From: a bacterium
Lineage (GTDB): Bacteria > Patescibacteriota > Minisyncoccia > Phycocordibacterales > UBA10002
NCBI GenBank assembly: GCA_030648695.1
Contig: JAUSHG010000036.1
Span: 1-26,465 of the forward strand
DNA: 26,465 bases
Reading direction: 5' to 3'
How positions within the stretch are numbered: position 1 is the stretch's first letter; each line of letters opens with the position of its first letter. Made by a program: the position numbers and the translations under genes. The notes under the pieces are model-generated. The model saw nothing but the letters and a program-made list of their open reading frames with translations, was not told the DNA's origin and did no database searches. Positions 1-8,042 of the stretch are shown here, in pieces.

Positions 1-283
1 CCTCAAGCAGGACGAAGATATTCGGCGAATCCGCAATGTCACCAAGGCGCTCTACAAACGCTTCCTTCCACTCCTCATTTTCAAAAAGAGTGGTGCAGTA
101 GACAATGTGCGTTTTGGAAAACAATCCCTGTCCGCCAATCAGTTCATCCAGGGTATTCACATCTGACTCAGCGGAGATGCGAAACACTTCCGCTTCAGGA
201 TATTTTTTTGCCAGCATGTCCAAAAGCGCGCCTGCTTTTTCGCGCGCTTTGTCCCTGTCAGAGCCGTAGAAGAAGTAAATCAT
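1..283 (-). CDS. holA: DNA polymerase III delta subunit-like protein, N-terminal part (runs off the window start)
   Basis: Manual translation from ATG at 283: MIYFFYGSDRDKAREK...LIGGQGLFSKTHIV...DSPNIFVLLE. The N-terminal 'IYFFYG-D' and 'GLF' motifs resemble HolA. Not in the ORF track. Confidence 0.65.
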   Translation of the reverse strand, partial: MIYFFYGSDRDKAREKAGALLDMLAKKYPEAEVFRISAESDVNTLDELIGGQGLFSKTHIVYCTTLFENEEWKEAFVERLGDIADSPNIFVLLE

Positions 284-366
284 AGCTTATAGCTTATAGC
301 TGTTAGCTTTTAGAAACAAGACGATTCTTTTGTTAAGAGTGAACAGTTAATAGTTAAGAGTTAAAA
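283..366. repeat. Two unpaired heptamer-repeat arms (AGCT family 283-313, TTAAC family 332-366) between polA and holA
   Basis: tagctta-tagctta-tagctgt-tagcttt-tag and gttaaga...gttaata-gttaaga-gttaaaa. Confidence 0.8.
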
Positions 367-376
367 ACTGGAATGC

Positions 377-2857
377 TTATTCCAGTTTTTTCATCTCATC
401 CCAGTTTTTGCCGACACGCGCCTCAACCTCAATCGGCACCCCTTTTGACAGTGCCTCGGGAAGCACTCCCTCCATAATCTCCTGTATCTTTTTTCCGATT
501 TTTCCGGCCTGCCCTTCCTTCACCTCAAAGACGAGTTCATCATGCACCTGCAGAATGAGTGACGCCTCTTTTCCTAGTTTTTCTTTTTGGAAATACCCAT
601 CCACGCGCACCATGACAAGCTTGATGAGGTCTGCGGCTGTTCCCTGCAGAGGAGCGTTAATGGCCGCCCGCTCGGCTGCGGCGCGGATGAAAGGAATATG
701 GGAGCGAATGGCCTCATGATACCGTCGTCTGCCAAACAGCGTCTCGGTATATCCCGATGCCGCGGTATCCTTCTTTACTTTCTCCAAGTACGCGGCGAGC
801 TCGTGAAAATCACTAAAGTACTTGTCGTAATACTGCTGTGCTTCCTCTCGCGACACCGCGCTCCCGCCTTCCTGAAGGGCCTGACGCAGAGAATTCACTC
901 CCATGCCATAGAGCATGCCGAAGTTAATAACCTTGGCCTGCCGCCGCATGTCCTTGGTTACCTGTTCGGGGGGAACATCAAATACCTGCGCGGCCACCGC
1001 CGTGTGCACGTCCTCTCCACGCTTGAAAATCGAGATAAGTTTCGTATCGCCCGAAAGAATAGCCGCCACACGAAGTTCAATCTGCGAATAATCAAGGGAA
1101 AGGAGCACATTCCCCTTCTCGGCAACAAAGGTCTTGCGGATGCGCCTGCCAAGCTCTGTCTGAATGGGAATGTTCTGGAGGTTCGGATTCTGCGAGGCCA
1201 TGCGGCCAGTTGTGGAGCCGGATGAGAGAAGTTGTGCGTGCAAACGCCCGTCCTTCCCCACCATCGCAGGGAGTGTATCTATATAAGTAGAAAGTAATTT
1301 TTGAAACTCGCGGTACTCCAGAATTTCCTTGATAATCGGGTGCATCTCACGCAACTTCTCAAGTTCGCTTTCGCGCGTGGAGAGTGCGCCGCCTGCGGTC
1401 TTCTTCTGCCGGAGGGGCTTCAATCCCATTTTCACAAACAGTACTTCGCCCAATTGTTTGGGAGAGTTGATGTTGAACTCCGCTCCGGCAAGCTTCCATA
1501 TTTCTTTTTCGCGCTTGCTTAACTCACGGTGGTACTCTTTGGAAAGTGAAAAAAGGTACGCCACATCAAGCGCAACTCCCCGCTCGTTCATCCGCTTCAA
1601 TACCGGCAGAAGTGGTCGCTCTATTTCCTCAAACACACGTGCCAGATTCCGCTTTTGTATCTCCGCAAATACGGTCTCACGCGCCTTATTCCAATCACGC
1701 GTTTGTGCGAATCCCAAGATATCGTCCAAGGTCGGGTTGGTGAGGTTTGAGTTGATAAGCCAGAGCGCCACCGCAGTTTCCGCCAATTCCTCTTCGGAAA
1801 TTCCTGTGGCTGCCAATACGTCATTAAAAGACGCCTGCTTGGCCTCCCCTCCTTTCAAAGGAGGGGATTGAGGGGTGGTGGTAGAGGTGGAATTAAGTGG
1901 GGTGTTGTTTTGAATTGCCCCCACCGCACTCTTCAACCTCTCTCCGAGAGTCCGAAACTCAAGTTCGGTAAAAAGCGCCTCGGCTTTCGGGAGGTCAATG
2001 CTTTCACACCAGAGTTTTGCCGGAAACGAAAAGGCAATGGGCGCATCACGCCTGATGGTCCCCAACAGTTTGCTAAACTCTGCATCTTCTTTTCCTTTTT
2101 CAAGTAAGCCAACCACGCGCTCTTTGATGCCCGCTTTGAGTAGGGTGACGCGGTCTTTTTTGAGCGTTTTATAGATGTTCTCAATTGAACCAAATTTTTG
2201 AATCAGCTCGGTTGCGGTCTTGTCCCCGATGCCGGCAATGCCTTTGATGTTGTCAGACGGGTCGCCTTTGAGCCCTTTAAAATCCGGAAGCAACTCCGGA
2301 GGAAACCCATAGCGCACATTGACGGCCTCCTCATCATAGAGAATCGTGTCATTGATGCCTTTTTTGAGCGTAAATACCTGCACCCGTTTGTTGTCCACGA
2401 GTTGCAGTGTGTCCATGTCGCCGGAGGCGATGATAATGGCGGCTTCGCCACCTTTGACCTTTGACCTTTGACCTTTGACCTGCTCTACGATGGTGCCGAG
2501 AATGTCGTCCGCTTCAAATCCTTCCTTGTCGTAAATCGGAATGCCAAACACGCCAAAGATTTCGCGCGAACGAATCATCTGCGACACCAGCGTCTCATCA
2601 GCTTTTGGGCGTCCCGCCTTGTAGTCCTTGTAGGCCTCATGCCGAAAGGTCTTCTTCGGCAAATCATAAGCCGCGGCAATATAGTCGGGATGGAAAGTGG
2701 AAATAATTTTGATGAGCATGGCGGCAAGGCCGTAGAGACCGCCTGTCGGCTCGCCGCGGGAGTTGCTAAATTCAGGCAGGGCATGATACGCGCGGTGCAG
2801 TATGGCGTGCGCGTCTATGAGTACGAGCTTCTTGGGTTCCGGCTCCTTTTTTGCCAT
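377..2857 (-). CDS. polA: DNA polymerase I (5'-3' exonuclease plus polymerase domains, no clear 3'-5' exonuclease domain)
   Basis: N-terminal LVLIDAHAILHRAYHALP, EADD, GDMD, GDPSDNIKGIAGIG motifs; polymerase motifs TGRMASQNPNLQNIP, DYSQIELR, AKVINFGMLYG, QVHDELV. Confidence 0.98.
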   Translation of the reverse strand: MAKKEPEPKKLVLIDAHAILHRAYHALPEFSNSRGEPTGGLYGLAAMLIKIISTFHPDYIAAAYDLPKKTFRHEAYKDYKAGRPKADETLVSQMIRSREIFGVFGIPIYDKEGFEADDILGTIVEQVKGQRSKVKGGEAAIIIASGDMDTLQLVDNKRVQVFTLKKGINDTILYDEEAVNVRYGFPPELLPDFKGLKGDPSDNIKGIAGIGDKTATELIQKFGSIENIYKTLKKDRVTLLKAGIKERVVGLLEKGKEDAEFSKLLGTIRRDAPIAFSFPAKLWCESIDLPKAEALFTELEFRTLGERLKSAVGAIQNNTPLNSTSTTTPQSPPLKGGEAKQASFNDVLAATGISEEELAETAVALWLINSNLTNPTLDDILGFAQTRDWNKARETVFAEIQKRNLARVFEEIERPLLPVLKRMNERGVALDVAYLFSLSKEYHRELSKREKEIWKLAGAEFNINSPKQLGEVLFVKMGLKPLRQKKTAGGALSTRESELEKLREMHPIIKEILEYREFQKLLSTYIDTLPAMVGKDGRLHAQLLSSGSTTGRMASQNPNLQNIPIQTELGRRIRKTFVAEKGNVLLSLDYSQIELRVAAILSGDTKLISIFKRGEDVHTAVAAQVFDVPPEQVTKDMRRQAKVINFGMLYGMGVNSLRQALQEGGSAVSREEAQQYYDKYFSDFHELAAYLEKVKKDTAASGYTETLFGRRRYHEAIRSHIPFIRAAAERAAINAPLQGTAADLIKLVMVRVDGYFQKEKLGKEASLILQVHDELVFEVKEGQAGKIGKKIQEIMEGVLPEALSKGVPIEVEARVGKNWDEMKKLE
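1845..1879. repeat. Palindromic REP-like insert in frame within polA (encodes TPQSPPLKGGE)
   Basis: tcccctccttt-c-aaaggagggga is a perfect inverted repeat at 1845-1867, in the inter-domain linker. Confidence 0.75.
2451..2481. repeat. Perfect 7-bp tandem repeat (cctttga x4 plus cct) inside polA
   Basis: Read directly; encodes VKGQRSKVKG. Confidence 0.95.
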
Positions 2858-2861
2858 GCGC

Positions 2862-3317
2862 TCATTCTAGCATTCTCCCGCTTCTGTGGAATTCAATACT
2901 TCTTGTATGGTCATCTACAAATTCAAACTGAAGCTTGATGTGGTCAGGAGGTAGTAGGTCCGCGACACGCTCGGCCCATTCAATGAAGATAAGATTTTTA
3001 GGGTCGGTGAGGAGCTCGGAGAAGCCGAGTTTGCGCAGGTCGTCTGCGTTTTTCAGACGATAGGCATCTACATGTATCAGTTTCTGAAAACTTTTAACTT
3101 TTAACTTATAACTTTTAACTATCCAGAAGGTGGGGCTGGAAATACGTTCAGAAATGCCGAGGGCGCGGGCGGCGGCCTGCACGAAGGTGGTTTTGCCGGC
3201 TCCCAAGTCGCCGTAAAGACCGACCACCGTAGCTTGCGACGAGCTCGGTTTTAACCCCGATACGAAATCTGAAGCGGCCTGTTGAAAGGATTCAAGATTA
3301 TGGATTTGTATGGGCAT
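2862..3317 (-). CDS. tsaE: tRNA threonylcarbamoyladenosine biosynthesis ATPase
   Basis: LYGDLGAGKTTF Walker A, SPTF, HVDAYRL and IEWAE motifs. Confidence 0.96.
   Translation of the reverse strand: MPIQIHNLESFQQAASDFVSGLKPSSSQATVVGLYGDLGAGKTTFVQAAARALGISERISSPTFWIVKSYKLKVKSFQKLIHVDAYRLKNADDLRKLGFSELLTDPKNLIFIEWAERVADLLPPDHIKLQFEFVDDHTRSIEFHRSGRMLE
3089..3120. repeat. Heptamer tandem repeat (aactttt-type x4.5) inside tsaE
   Basis: aactttt-aactttt-aacttat-aactttt-aact; encodes KSYKLKVKSF. Confidence 0.9.
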
Positions 3318-3328
3318 AATACCTACTA

Positions 3329-3409
3329 TCTAATACCAAATCTCGAAAAATACCAAATAAAGAACATGCAATGTTGACGCTTTTTCGAGATTAGATATTG
3401 GATATTAGA
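3329..3409. repeat. Empty inverted-arm element (AATAC/AATATC family) between the divergent tsaE and ATPase genes
   Basis: aatctcgaaaaa (3339-3350) pairs perfectly with tttttcgagatt (3381-3392); flanked by taatacc and gatatt repeats. Confidence 0.75.
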
Positions 3410-3441
3410 GCTTCCACTCATTGTGCTACAATGTGGTGGTT

Positions 3442-5112
3442 ATGCCTACCTTTGATGATGAAAAGCAGGAAAAAGAGCTTTCCGAAATTAAACTTCAGGA
3501 AGAGGAAGACCTTATTCGTCTGCTTGCCCAGAAAAACGGACTCCCCTACATAGACCTCGTTCCGGTGCCGATTGAGACCGATGCCTTGCGCCTTCTGCCC
3601 GAATCCGAAGCACGCGAAGTCAAGATTGCTTCCTTTGCCGTAAACGGGAAAAAGGTGGGTGTGGCGGTATTCTCTCCGAACAAAGAAGGAGTAACCGCGG
3701 CGATAGAGAAAATCACGAAAGCCGGATTTACTCCGACCCTCTATATGGCCTCAACCCGCAGCTTGGAGAAAGCGTGGAGCCGCTACAAGGAACTTTCCGA
3801 AATGACCGTAACGCACGAGGGTGAAGTGGGGCTTGAAAGCGGCATCATTGCCGACACCGCGGCCAAGGTACAGACGCTTCCCGAACTTGTGCCGCTGCTT
3901 GGAGGAATCCTCAACGACAAAGACCCAAACCGCGTCTCCCGTTTTGTGGAGCTCATTTTGGGAAGTGCTATCGCTCTTGACGCTTCCGACATTCACATTG
4001 AGCCCGAGGCCTCCTCTGTGCGCCTGCGGTTTCGCCTAGACGGCATTCTGCAGGAGGTATTGAGTTTTGAGCGTGCCATCTATGCACTCGTGAACTCGCG
4101 CGTCAAACTGCTTGCCGGACTTAAACTAAACGTCAAATCCGAAGCGCAAGACGGACGTTTTAGCGTCAACCTCAAGGACACCGATATTGAAATCCGCGTG
4201 TCTCTGCTTCCCGGGGCATACGGCGAATCCATCGTACTTCGCGTCCTCAACCCCAAAACCATCGCGGTTCCTTTTGAAGATCTGGGGCTTCACCCGCGAC
4301 TACTTGAAGTGGTGGAACAGCAGATAGCCAAGCCGAACGGAATGCTGCTTACGACCGGTCCGACCGGAAGCGGCAAGACCACCACGCTCTACGCATTTTT
4401 GCGTAAAATCTACAGTCCCGGAGTCAAGGTCATCACCATTGAAGACCCGATTGAGTATCACCTCGCGGGTATTGTGCAGACGCAGACCGACAAAGACAAG
4501 GGCTACACCTTTGCCCAAGGCCTTCGCTCGGCACTGCGGCAGGACCCGGACGTTTTGATGGTCGGTGAAATCCGCGACGAAGAAACCGCCGAAGTCGCCA
4601 TCAACGCCTCGCTCACCGGCCACCTCGTATTCTCCACCCTGCATACCAACAACGCCGCCGGTTCGTTCCCGCGTTTGATTGACTTGGGAGTCAACCCGAA
4701 GGTCATCAGTTCTGCCGTAAATCTTTCACTCGCCCAACGGCTCGTGCGCAAGCTCTGCGCCGCGTGCAAAGAAGAAACAACGCCGACCGAGAAAGAAAAA
4801 GCGCAGATTGATACGGTGCTGCGCGACATGCCGAACACATTCGCTCCGAAAGAAATTGGAAAAATATGGAAGCCGAAGGGCTGTGAGAAATGCAACAACA
4901 CCGGATACAAAGGCCGCACCGGTGTCTATGAAGCCATACAGGCGGATGCCGCTATTGAAAAGATAATCCGCGAAAACCCGAGCGAACGCGAAATTGCCGC
5001 CGCCGCGCGCCCACAGGAAATCCCCACCATGCAGGAAGACGGCGTCCTTAAGGTGCTCTCCGGCATTACTTCGCTTGAGGAACTGGAGCGGGTGGTGGAT
5101 TTGACCAAATAA
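3442..5112 (+). CDS. GspE/PulE/PilB-family type II secretion / type IV pilus assembly ATPase
   Basis: Walker A GPTGSGKTT, TIEDPIEY, LRQDPDVLMVGEIRD, TGHLVFSTLHTN, zinc-binding CAAC and CEKC. Start moved to ATG 3442, which follows TGcTACAAT. Confidence 0.93.
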   Translation: MPTFDDEKQEKELSEIKLQEEEDLIRLLAQKNGLPYIDLVPVPIETDALRLLPESEAREVKIASFAVNGKKVGVAVFSPNKEGVTAAIEKITKAGFTPTLYMASTRSLEKAWSRYKELSEMTVTHEGEVGLESGIIADTAAKVQTLPELVPLLGGILNDKDPNRVSRFVELILGSAIALDASDIHIEPEASSVRLRFRLDGILQEVLSFERAIYALVNSRVKLLAGLKLNVKSEAQDGRFSVNLKDTDIEIRVSLLPGAYGESIVLRVLNPKTIAVPFEDLGLHPRLLEVVEQQIAKPNGMLLTTGPTGSGKTTTLYAFLRKIYSPGVKVITIEDPIEYHLAGIVQTQTDKDKGYTFAQGLRSALRQDPDVLMVGEIRDEETAEVAINASLTGHLVFSTLHTNNAAGSFPRLIDLGVNPKVISSAVNLSLAQRLVRKLCAACKEETTPTEKEKAQIDTVLRDMPNTFAPKEIGKIWKPKGCEKCNNTGYKGRTGVYEAIQADAAIEKIIRENPSEREIAAAARPQEIPTMQEDGVLKVLSGITSLEELERVVDLTK

Positions 5113-5153
5113 CCAATATCAAATACCAAATCTCGAAAAATTGACATTTCTTA

Positions 5154-5247
5154 ATGTCATCCCCGTGGCTAAAGCCCGATGGGCTCGCCCGTTCAGGGAA
5201 ACGGGGAACCAGATTAAACTGGATTCCCGCTTTCGCGGGAATGACAT
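5154..5247. repeat. REP-like palindrome doublet (GTCAT...ATGAC) carrying a nested ~30-nt insert
   Basis: atgtcatccccgtg-[insert]-gaaacggggaaccag-attaaa-ctggattcccgctttcgcgggaatgacat; the termini atgtcat and atgacat are inverted. Confidence 0.8.
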
Positions 5248-5360
5248 AGGACTGCCGTTTTTAGATAGGCGAAATTGAAATTGACTTACTCAAAATTAAA
5301 TGCCGCTCTGCTAACTATACGTTGCACCTTCCACTGCGTTGCGTAGGATAGGAGAAGTAG

Positions 5361-5618
5361 ACCCCGCACCAATCCAAAACGGATTGATACGGGGTGAAGG
5401 ACAGGAACCTCCAAGCAATCACTTTCAATATAAATACCAAAAGCGAACGCCAGTCCTAAGGGGTGCTTCAGAGATTCGCTTGCGCCAATTCCAAAGCATC
5501 CTCGAAAAGGTATTTGAATCCCGAAGTACATCGGGACGATTGCTTAGAGGTTCATATCCTGCACCAAACCCTGTTTGGCTTCTTTACAAAAGGCCCGCAG
5601 GATATATATCCTACGGAT
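5361..5618 (-). ncRNA. Candidate structured non-coding RNA with a long rod-like fold; family unassigned (6S-like is one possibility)
   Basis: A 28-bp stem 5393-5420/5538-5565 has 26 pairs on the minus strand. Inner stems at 5432-38/5509-15 and 5441-47/5475-81; flanking hairpins at 5361-5395 and 5595-5616. G-U pairs favour the minus strand, and a consensus promoter lies immediately upstream. Confidence 0.5.
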
Positions 5619-5624
5619 AATAGT

Positions 5625-5653
5625 AGTATAGCATACAAAAAATCTAATGTCAA
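5625..5653 (-). promoter_or_regulatory. Near-consensus sigma70 promoter
   Basis: Minus strand reads TTGACA-17 nt-TATACT, with an extended -10 TG (tgcTATACT). Confidence 0.8.
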
Positions 5654-5707
5654 ACATTTTCTGCAAAAAGGCCTTGCAGAGCCCTCCCTTGCAGAATCTA
5701 GAAGCAC

Positions 5708-6727
5708 ATGACCACCCCTTTGCCAAAACAGAAAGAGGAAGCGGCTCTCAGCCCGAAGCCGGACGCTTTTTTGGACCAGACGCTCCGTCCGTCCCGTTTT
5801 GAAGAGTATGTGGGACAAAAAACACTCAAGGAAAACCTCAGAATCCTCCTGACCGCGGCCGGGGAGCGCGGCCACACGCCGGAACACCTGCTGTTTTACG
5901 GCCCGCCCGGACTCGGCAAAACCACGCTTGCACATTTAATTGCCAAGGAGATTAATGCGCAGATAAAAATAACGTCCGGCCCTGCAATAGAGCGTGTGGG
6001 CGACCTCGCCTCAATTCTCACCAATTTAGGAGACGGGGACATCTTGTTTATTGATGAGATTCACCGCTTAAGCAAACAAATTGAGGAAATCCTCTACCCT
6101 GCCATGGAGTCGGGGCGGTTGGATATCATTATCGGCAAAGGCCCCTCGGCTCGCACCGTACAGCTGGAACTGCCTCCTTTCACACTCATTGCCGCCACCA
6201 CCCGCATTGCGCTTCTCTCCTCTCCCCTGCGCTCGCGCTTCTCCGGAGGCGTCTTCCGTTTGGAGTACTATACACACGAAGAGATAGAGGAGATTTTGAA
6301 GCGCTCGGCTACAATCCTCCAAGTTCCGATTGAAGAGGGAGCCATGAAAGAAATCGCGCTTCGTAGCCGCTTCACGCCGCGCACTGCAAATTATCTTCTG
6401 AAGCGCGCGCGCGATTTTGCGCAGGTGCGCAAGGGAAAGGTAACCAAAGAATCGGTCAAAGAGGCACTCAAGCTGCTCGGGGTTGACGAACTGGGGCTCC
6501 ATCCGTCTGACCGCGCGCTTCTGTCCGTACTGATTGAGAAATTCGCCGGCGGGCCGGTGGGACTTAACACACTCGGAGCGGCTCTCTCTGAAGAGGAGGC
6601 GACTATTGAGGAGGTCCATGAGCCGTATCTGATTCAATTGGGACTGTTGGAGCGCACCCCGCGCGGCCGCAAAGCCACGCCCAAGGCCTATGAACATCTG
6701 GGTGGCAAAAAACAGACATTGGTGTAA
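5708..6727 (+). CDS. ruvB: Holliday junction branch migration helicase RuvB
   Basis: [55 protein letters not shown]. Confidence 0.98.
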   Translation: MTTPLPKQKEEAALSPKPDAFLDQTLRPSRFEEYVGQKTLKENLRILLTAAGERGHTPEHLLFYGPPGLGKTTLAHLIAKEINAQIKITSGPAIERVGDLASILTNLGDGDILFIDEIHRLSKQIEEILYPAMESGRLDIIIGKGPSARTVQLELPPFTLIAATTRIALLSSPLRSRFSGGVFRLEYYTHEEIEEILKRSATILQVPIEEGAMKEIALRSRFTPRTANYLLKRARDFAQVRKGKVTKESVKEALKLLGVDELGLHPSDRALLSVLIEKFAGGPVGLNTLGAALSEEEATIEEVHEPYLIQLGLLERTPRGRKATPKAYEHLGGKKQTLV

Positions 6728-6763
6728 CTGAAAATTAACGAATAACCGAGTATGCTTTTCGTT

Positions 6764-6807
6764 ATCCCGTAGTAGATTTCGTCTCACGACAAAATTCACT
6801 ACGGGAT
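6764..6807. repeat. Palindromic element between ruvB and yebC
   Basis: atcccgtagt...actacgggat perfect 10-bp stem plus an imperfect inner stem. Confidence 0.75.
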
Positions 6808-6847
6808 GGCGATTTTCCAAATCGCTTCGCTCATAAGAAAATCAGCC

Positions 6848-7378
6848 ATGTCAGGTCACAATAAATGGAGTCAGATAAAGAGAAAAAAAGAGAAGACGGA
6901 CGCAGTGAAAGGCCGGGTTTTTTCGAAGTATGCAAAGCTCATAACTAATGAGGCACGGATGGCGAAAGGAAATAAGGACGCCCCTGCGGTACGCGCGGCC
7001 GTAGAGCGCGCACGAAAGGAAAATATGCCGAATGACAACATTGACCGCGCGATTAAGAAAGCAGCCGAAGGCGGAGGTGCCGCGCTTGAGGCAATTCTCT
7101 ACGAGGCCTATGGCCCGGGAGGAGTGGCGCTTCTTATAGAAACACTCACTGACAGCCGCAACCGCACAAGCGGCGAACTCAAGCACCTGCTTTCATTACA
7201 TAGCGGAAACCTCGCTTCTCCGGGAGCAGCCGTGTGGGCATTCTCCAAAACTCCAGAGGGGTGGAGTGCCTCAACTACTGCTCCCCTTTCTGATGAAGAC
7301 CTCGCCAAACTGGACGCACTAGTTGAGGCACTTGAAGCTCATGAGGATGTGCAGGAAGTAATCACAAATGCTGAATAA
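6848..7378 (+). CDS. yebC: YebC/PmpR-family protein, short form (176 aa)
   Basis: MSGHNKWSQIKRKK start, NMPNDNIDRAI, YEAYGPGGVA, TDSRNRT, C-terminal EDVQEVITNAE. Start moved from 6806, which overlaps the palindrome. Confidence 0.95.
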   Translation: MSGHNKWSQIKRKKEKTDAVKGRVFSKYAKLITNEARMAKGNKDAPAVRAAVERARKENMPNDNIDRAIKKAAEGGGAALEAILYEAYGPGGVALLIETLTDSRNRTSGELKHLLSLHSGNLASPGAAVWAFSKTPEGWSASTTAPLSDEDLAKLDALVEALEAHEDVQEVITNAE

Positions 7379-7396
7379 GAAATTCAGCATTTGTGA

Positions 7397-7492
7397 ATTT
7401 TCAAGTTTCAATTCTCAATTTTCAATCAATGACTAAATTAAACAATTCAAAAACTAAAGACGGATTTGAAAATTGTAAATTGATAATTGATA
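7397..7492. repeat. Empty inverted-arm element (CAATT family) between yebC and ruvC
   Basis: caattttcaa (7416-7425) pairs with ttgaaaattg (7466-7475); both arms are degenerate 7-mer arrays. Confidence 0.85.
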
Positions 7493-7502
7493 CTTTGCGA
7501 GT

Positions 7503-7982
7503 ATGAGAATACTCGCCATAGATCCCGGATACGAGCGCCTCGGCATTGCCGTGCTTGAGAAGAAACTCCGCGGAAAAGAGGAGGTGGTTTTTTCCTCCTG
7601 CCTCCGGACGAGTAAAGAGGAGGAACATAGCAAGCGGCTTGAAGCAATCGGCAAGGGAGTTGCGGATGTGATTGCGAAGTACAAACCCGAAGTGCTTGCC
7701 ATAGAAAAGCTTTTTCTGGTTACCAACCACAAAACGGCAATGGCGGTTGCGGAAGCGCGCGGAGTGATACTTCATGAAGCCGCAAAACGGAACATGCCGG
7801 TGCGGGAATTCACGCCGCTTCAGGTTAAAATAGCGGTTACCGGGTACGGCAGAAGCGATAAGACGCAGGTTACGGCCATGGTGGAACGCTTGATACAACT
7901 CCCGGCCGGCAAGCGTCTGGATGACGAGTATGATGCGATTGCCATAGGACTCACCTGCTTTGCGACACTCAGAGTCACGTAG
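7503..7982 (+). CDS. ruvC: Crossover junction endodeoxyribonuclease RuvC
   Basis: ILAIDPG, AIEKLF, EARGV, VKIAVTGYGRSDK, DDEYDAIAIG. Confidence 0.97.
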   Translation: MRILAIDPGYERLGIAVLEKKLRGKEEVVFSSCLRTSKEEEHSKRLEAIGKGVADVIAKYKPEVLAIEKLFLVTNHKTAMAVAEARGVILHEAAKRNMPVREFTPLQVKIAVTGYGRSDKTQVTAMVERLIQLPAGKRLDDEYDAIAIGLTCFATLRVT

Positions 7983-8042
7983 CATATAACACGCAACATA
8001 GAACACCAGAGGGAAGGAGCCCCATACCCTCCAATCAAGCGA

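Noticed and set aside
5322-5349. Plus-strand promoter TTGCAC-16-TAGGAT driving the structured RNA
   Set aside because: Weaker than the minus-strand TTGACA-17-TATACT, and G-U asymmetry in three stems favours the minus strand. Not fully excluded.
5290-5620. tmRNA, RNase P RNA, SRP RNA or tRNA identity for the structured region
   Set aside because: I could not find a T-arm and CCA end, the GAGGAAAGUCC motif or the SRP domain IV motif on either strand.
5682-5700. Direct repeat ccttgcaga x2 upstream of ruvB as an operator
   Set aside because: Only 9 nt and two copies, with no supporting context.
5286-5726. Short ORFs 5286-5531, 5339-5620, 5463-5711 and 5544-5726
   Set aside because: No recognisable motifs, mutually overlapping, and they cross strong RNA-like stems and a promoter.
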